NCBI GenBank assembly: GCA_046290225.1
Contig: JBKAGE010000038.1
Coordinates: 128,001-192,000, forward strand
Length of the DNA: 64,000 nucleotides
Origin: Bradymonadia bacterium
GTDB lineage: Bacteria > Myxococcota_A > Bradymonadia > UBA7976 > UBA1532
Direction of reading: 5' to 3'
The notes beneath the pieces were generated by a model, which saw only the letters and a list, made by a program, of their open reading frames with translations, had not been told where the DNA came from and did no database searches. Made by a program: the position numbers and the translations under genes. Shown here piece by piece: positions 60,209 through 64,000 of the stretch (positions within the stretch are counted from its first letter, which is position 1; the number at the start of each line of letters is the position of its first letter).

Positions 60209-60481
60209 ATGGCCAACACCAAGCAGACCATCAAGCGTATCCGGCAGAACGAGAAGGCCCGTATCCGCAACCGGCACATCCGCTCCACCTTCCGCACCTA
60301 CACCAAGCGCGTGCGCAGTGCTGTGGAGTCCGGCAACCTCGCCGCCGCCGAAGAGAGCCTGAAGCTCGCCGTCACCGCCCTCACCCGGGCGGCCTCGAAG
60401 GGCGTGATTCACCGGAACAACGCAGCCCGCTCCGTCTCCCGGCTCACCAAGGCCGTGAACGCGCTCCGCGCCCAGGCCTGA
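60209..60481 (+). CDS. rpsT: 30S ribosomal protein S20
   Basis: MANTKQTIKRIRQNEKARIRN, AASKGVIHRNNAARSVSRL. Confidence 0.99.
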   Translation: MANTKQTIKRIRQNEKARIRNRHIRSTFRTYTKRVRSAVESGNLAAAEESLKLAVTALTRAASKGVIHRNNAARSVSRLTKAVNALRAQA

Positions 60482-60698
60482 GCACTCAAGACCTGATGTG
60501 GCAGGCCTGACGCGTCGGGCCTGCTCCGACGTTCGAGCAGCCCTCCTGGCGCCCAAAGGGTGCATGAGAGGGCGCACGCCTCATCGTCGCCTTTCCCAAT
60601 GCAGTCACCGCTCTGGTGAGCGCCCGTTCCCGGCGTTTATCTTTCGCGTGATCTTCTGTGTCGTCCGCTGAGCCCCCCTGCTGCTCAGCCGCCCCCAC

Positions 60699-61712
60699 CT
60701 ACACTTGTCGTCCAGCGCAGAGGTCGAGCAACGCCGACTCGAAGAGCAGGTCCGAAGGCACCTTGCTCCGCTTGAGCGCCTGATCGGCTGCAGTCAAACG
60801 GTTCAGCGCCCACAGAAGCTCGTCCCCCCGGTACCGATCGAGTTGTCGCATGAAGCTCTGGGCTCTGAAGGGGGGCACACCGGCAGCTTGGGCCACGGCC
60901 TTGGCGTCGGCGCCACGGGCCCGCACGCTCCGGCCGATGATCAGCTGACGCACCTGACGTGTGATCATCGCCAGCAGCCCCAGCGGGTTTTCGCCCTGAG
61001 AGAGCAGCTCGTGGGCTTGCGCCAGAGCCTGACCCGCATTTCGGGCCGCGATGGCGTCCACCAGCTCCCAAATCGTTCGGGTCCGAGTATGCGCCACGGA
61101 GTCTTCCACGTGCTTGAGCTCGATGGCGTCAGGCTCCGACACGTAAAGACACAGGCGCTCGAGGGCTGAGTCGAGCCCGGAAAGATCACGGCCGACAGCA
61201 TCCACCATCAGAGATGCAGCGTCTGGCCGCAGCACACGCCCGCGGCGCCGGGCCTGCTGGGCCAACCAGCCGGGCAGCTCCCGCTCGTAGGGGGTCTTGG
61301 CCTCGTAGACACACCCGGTCTTGGCGATGGCCTTGTAGACCTTGGTGTTCTTTTTGATCTTGCTGTGGGCCTGAAGCACGAGGCAGCTGGACGGATCGGG
61401 ATCCTTGAGATAGCTGAGGAGCACCTCCGCTTGAGCGGCGTTGCGATCAGTGAGCATCACCTCGGCGTGGATCACCCGGACGAGGCGTCGAGGAGCCATC
61501 ATCGGCAGGGTGCGAGCCGCTTCGATGACCCGGGCCGCCTTGACACTCTCCCGAGCATCGAACCGATCGAAGTTGAAGTCTTCCACCGCGCCGGTGAGCA
61601 CGGTCTCCTTGAGCCACTGAGCCGCCTGACGCATCAAGAACGGCTCTTCTCCGTGGAGCAGGTAGATGGGCTGATTGCCCCCATCGAGGGTCTTGGACCA
61701 CTGCGAAGACAC
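60699..61712 (-). CDS. holA: DNA polymerase III delta subunit
   Basis: PIYLLHGEEPFL, DFNFDRFD, TLPMMAPRRLV, LERLCLY, IWELVDAI, ADQALKRS; converges on rpsT. Confidence 0.93.
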   Translation of the reverse strand: MSSQWSKTLDGGNQPIYLLHGEEPFLMRQAAQWLKETVLTGAVEDFNFDRFDARESVKAARVIEAARTLPMMAPRRLVRVIHAEVMLTDRNAAQAEVLLSYLKDPDPSSCLVLQAHSKIKKNTKVYKAIAKTGCVYEAKTPYERELPGWLAQQARRRGRVLRPDAASLMVDAVGRDLSGLDSALERLCLYVSEPDAIELKHVEDSVAHTRTRTIWELVDAIAARNAGQALAQAHELLSQGENPLGLLAMITRQVRQLIIGRSVRARGADAKAVAQAAGVPPFRAQSFMRQLDRYRGDELLWALNRLTAADQALKRSKVPSDLLFESALLDLCAGRQV

Positions 61713-61726
61713 TGGCTTCCTCTTCT

Positions 61727-62251
61727 CTAGGGCCTGGGGCCAGCTTCGATGAAAGCTGCCATGGCCTGTCTGGCCCCGAGATCCACCGCAGAAGCCAGCG
61801 CCTGCCGACGAGCAGCGAGGGTGGCCACGGGGCTCGGCGCCCTGAAATAACGCGCCCCCTGGTTTATGGGGGTCCCTGACCAGATCAGCGCCCCCTCGGG
61901 GGTCATCAACCACAGCTCCACCTGCACTCGGGCTCGATACGCGCCGGCGACGCCCTCGCCATCAAAGCCCACAGGCACGTCATCCACCGGCCGCACAGCA
62001 CCGTGCAGTACCGGATCACCTGCCTCAGCATCGTGGAGCAGCTGCGCCACTGCCTGACGCAGCTGAGCGCCAAGGCTGCCGTCACCGGTGTGATCGGTGA
62101 ACACACCCAGCCGCGCCCGCCCGCGCTGATCTTCGGCGGTGAGCCATTGATACCCGCAGCCGCTGCACGTGAGCACCGAGATCGCCCCGAAGAGCACACT
62201 CCGCCTCGATGGGCCAGGGCCGTGGGCCCCTCTGAGTCCTGATCGCTTCAC
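61727..62251 (-). CDS. lptE: LPS assembly lipoprotein LptE-like
   Basis: Lipobox SGC-GY, FTDHT..G..LRQAV, immediately upstream of holA (conserved lptE-holA order); start uncertain (62197, 62251 or 62281). Confidence 0.65.
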   Translation of the reverse strand: MKRSGLRGAHGPGPSRRSVLFGAISVLTCSGCGYQWLTAEDQRGRARLGVFTDHTGDGSLGAQLRQAVAQLLHDAEAGDPVLHGAVRPVDDVPVGFDGEGVAGAYRARVQVELWLMTPEGALIWSGTPINQGARYFRAPSPVATLAARRQALASAVDLGARQAMAAFIEAGPRP

Positions 62252-62304
62252 AGGGGCATCACTACCACAGATCGTGTACAACAGGGCCCTCCAGGAGCCG
62301 CTCT

Positions 62305-63087
62305 ATGTACCTCACCAGCCTCTGCCTGATCGGGCTGCTCGCCCGCCCCCCGCTCATCGCCGCCCCCGACGAGGCAGGCTGGCGTCAGCACGTTGCTCAG
62401 CTGGAAGAGCAGGCGCTCCGCGCCCCGGACTCTCCGGCAGCGCCCATGCGCCTCGCCGCGGGGTTCGCCCGACGGCGTCGAGTGGCCGAAGCCCTCGAGT
62501 GGGCCTCTGAAGCTGCCCGTCGTGGGGCACATCCGCTCCGGCTCGCGTTGATCCGCGGCGACGCCTTCTTCTTCGCCAACCGATTTGAAGAGGCCGCAGC
62601 AGAATACTTCGAGGTGGCCAGCACCTCGAAGACCAACACCCACGCCCATGCACAGCTCTGGCAGTGTTTGAGGGCTGTGCCTCAATCTCAGCTCGGGCGG
62701 ACCATCGACGTACTCACCGCCCGTGAGCTACTCCTCGAAGCGGGGCTCTTCGTGCCCGACGAGTTCACGTGGCCAGTGCAGCCTGACATGGCCAGAGCAG
62801 CCATCACCGAGGGGCACAAGGCGCTGGGCATGCAACGCCCACGAGAGGCGGTCGCCCATTTCCAGAAGGCCATCAAGGCGGACGGCACGCACCCGGAGGC
62901 GTTCAAAGGGATGGCCATGGCCTTGAGTCAACTCGGTGAAAAGCGTCAAGCTCTGGGTGCCTGGCAGCTTTTTCTCGGACTCAACCCCGACGACAACCGG
63001 GAGATCCGCCAGATCAGACGGCGTCTCATCGATGAAGAGCGCCGCCGCGGCCTGAAAGCCAACCAGAAGAAGAGGAAGCGTCGATGA
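62305..63087 (+). CDS. TPR-repeat protein, probably exported
   Basis: AGGAG RBS, hydrophobic N-terminus, TPR-like [39 protein letters not shown]. Confidence 0.8.
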   Translation: MYLTSLCLIGLLARPPLIAAPDEAGWRQHVAQLEEQALRAPDSPAAPMRLAAGFARRRRVAEALEWASEAARRGAHPLRLALIRGDAFFFANRFEEAAAEYFEVASTSKTNTHAHAQLWQCLRAVPQSQLGRTIDVLTARELLLEAGLFVPDEFTWPVQPDMARAAITEGHKALGMQRPREAVAHFQKAIKADGTHPEAFKGMAMALSQLGEKRQALGAWQLFLGLNPDDNREIRQIRRRLIDEERRRGLKANQKKRKRR

Positions 63088-64000
63088 CCCGCGTGATGAA
63101 GAGCTTCAGCCGGCCTGCTGTGTGGATCGGCTGTGCATTGATGTGGGCGGGGTGTGTGGCCGAGAACCCTGATCTCGCCGACGTACAGGTCGTGGGCGGC
63201 ACTGACGCCTCCACGGCTGATGGCGCAACGGGTGGCGCAGGTGGTCAGGCCGGTGCTGGTGGCCAGGCGGGCGCCGGTGGCCAGGCGGGCGCCGGTGGCC
63301 AGGCGGGTGCCGGTGGTCAGGCCGGTGCTGGCGGTCAAGCCGGCGCTGGCGGTATGGGCGGTCTCATCGGCGGCGCTGGCGGTCAGGCTGGCGCTGGTGG
63401 TCAGGCCGGCGCTGGCGGCATCATCGGCGGTGCAGGTGGCGCGGGTGGAGATCCAGGTGGCGCTGGCGGTATGGGCGGTATGCCCCCACCCTCAGATCGC
63501 GATGATGACGGTGTGGCTGATGTCGACGACAACTGCCCCGCTACCCCCAACAACAACCAGCGAGACCGCGATCAAGATGACGTGGGCAACGCGTGCGACA
63601 ACTGCCCCGATACCCCCAACCCCGATCAACGCGACAGCGACGAGGATGGTGTAGGCGACGCATGCACCCAGGGCGATCGAGACGGCGATCAGGTCGTCGA
63701 CATCCTGGACAACTGCCCCGACATCCCCAACCCCAATCAGGCAGATGGGGACTTCGATCTGGTGGGCGACGCCTGCGACAACTGCCCCGACATCCCCAAC
63801 CCTGATCAACGCGACAGCGACGAGAACGGCGCTGGTGATCTGTGCGATCTCGTCGATCAGTCCTGGGTGGCTGTGTCGTGGGAAGACGAGACCCTCGACT
63901 TCGACCTGCACGTGCTTCACCCCGAGGGCGAGTTCTTCAGCCGGGAGCTGGACTGCTGGGCGGCGAACCGGGAGGCGTCGTGGTGTAACCCTGGGTATGT
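63084..64000 (+). CDS. Lipoprotein with a GGQAGA linker and thrombospondin type-3 repeats, 3' end runs off the window
   Basis: Absent from the ORF track. ATGA-coupled start; [25 protein letters not shown], 18-bp GGQAGA repeats, then [38 protein letters not shown]. Confidence 0.88.
   Translation, partial: MTRVMKSFSRPAVWIGCALMWAGCVAENPDLADVQVVGGTDASTADGATGGAGGQAGAGGQAGAGGQAGAGGQAGAGGQAGAGGQAGAGGMGGLIGGAGGQAGAGGQAGAGGIIGGAGGAGGDPGGAGGMGGMPPPSDRDDDGVADVDDNCPATPNNNQRDRDQDDVGNACDNCPDTPNPDQRDSDEDGVGDACTQGDRDGDQVVDILDNCPDIPNPNQADGDFDLVGDACDNCPDIPNPDQRDSDENGAGDLCDLVDQSWVAVSWEDETLDFDLHVLHPEGEFFSRELDCWAANREASWCNPGY

Noticed and set aside
60501..60524. Hairpin after rpsT, and similar GC hairpins at 14406-14429 and 15931-15954, as intrinsic terminators or a REP family
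   Set aside because: They lack clear U-tracts and share no common sequence, so I cannot assign a function.
63154..63654. 166-aa ORF with VARRAP repeats
   Set aside because: An alternative frame of the GGQAGA linker in the real gene starting at 63084.

Overview
A GC-rich chromosomal window (roughly 65% GC by eye). The gene repertoire points to Myxococcota or a related deltaproteobacterial lineage: FHA-sigma54 activator, Hanks kinases, AgmX/PglI-type domains, DUF4388, Cys-rich and TSP3 lipoproteins. Housekeeping blocks are cinA-(thpR-like)-recA, gshA, rpsB-tsf-pyrH-frr, and rpsT converging on lptE-holA. Between them lie many envelope and signalling genes. The main candidate for an undescribed system is a minus-strand cluster at 16713-24133. 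It encodes a Cys-rich lipoprotein, a fusion of a degenerate cNMP-binding domain, four [4Fe-4S] motifs and a di-heme-b-like membrane domain, a 30-CxxCH cytochrome c, and an outer-membrane beta-barrel. Together these look like a trans-envelope electron conduit. Non-coding highlights are a ~430 bp nested palindrome built from a repeated 12-mer (3383-3817), a 163 bp MITE-like element with perfect 25 bp inverted repeats (40610-40772), an rpsB leader with a compensatory pseudoknot, a consensus sigma54 promoter, and tandem micro-repeats in phase with stop codons. Several proteins look catalytically degenerate. I saw no rRNA, tRNA, CRISPR array, transposase or integrase. All calls come from motif recognition by eye; no database searches were run.
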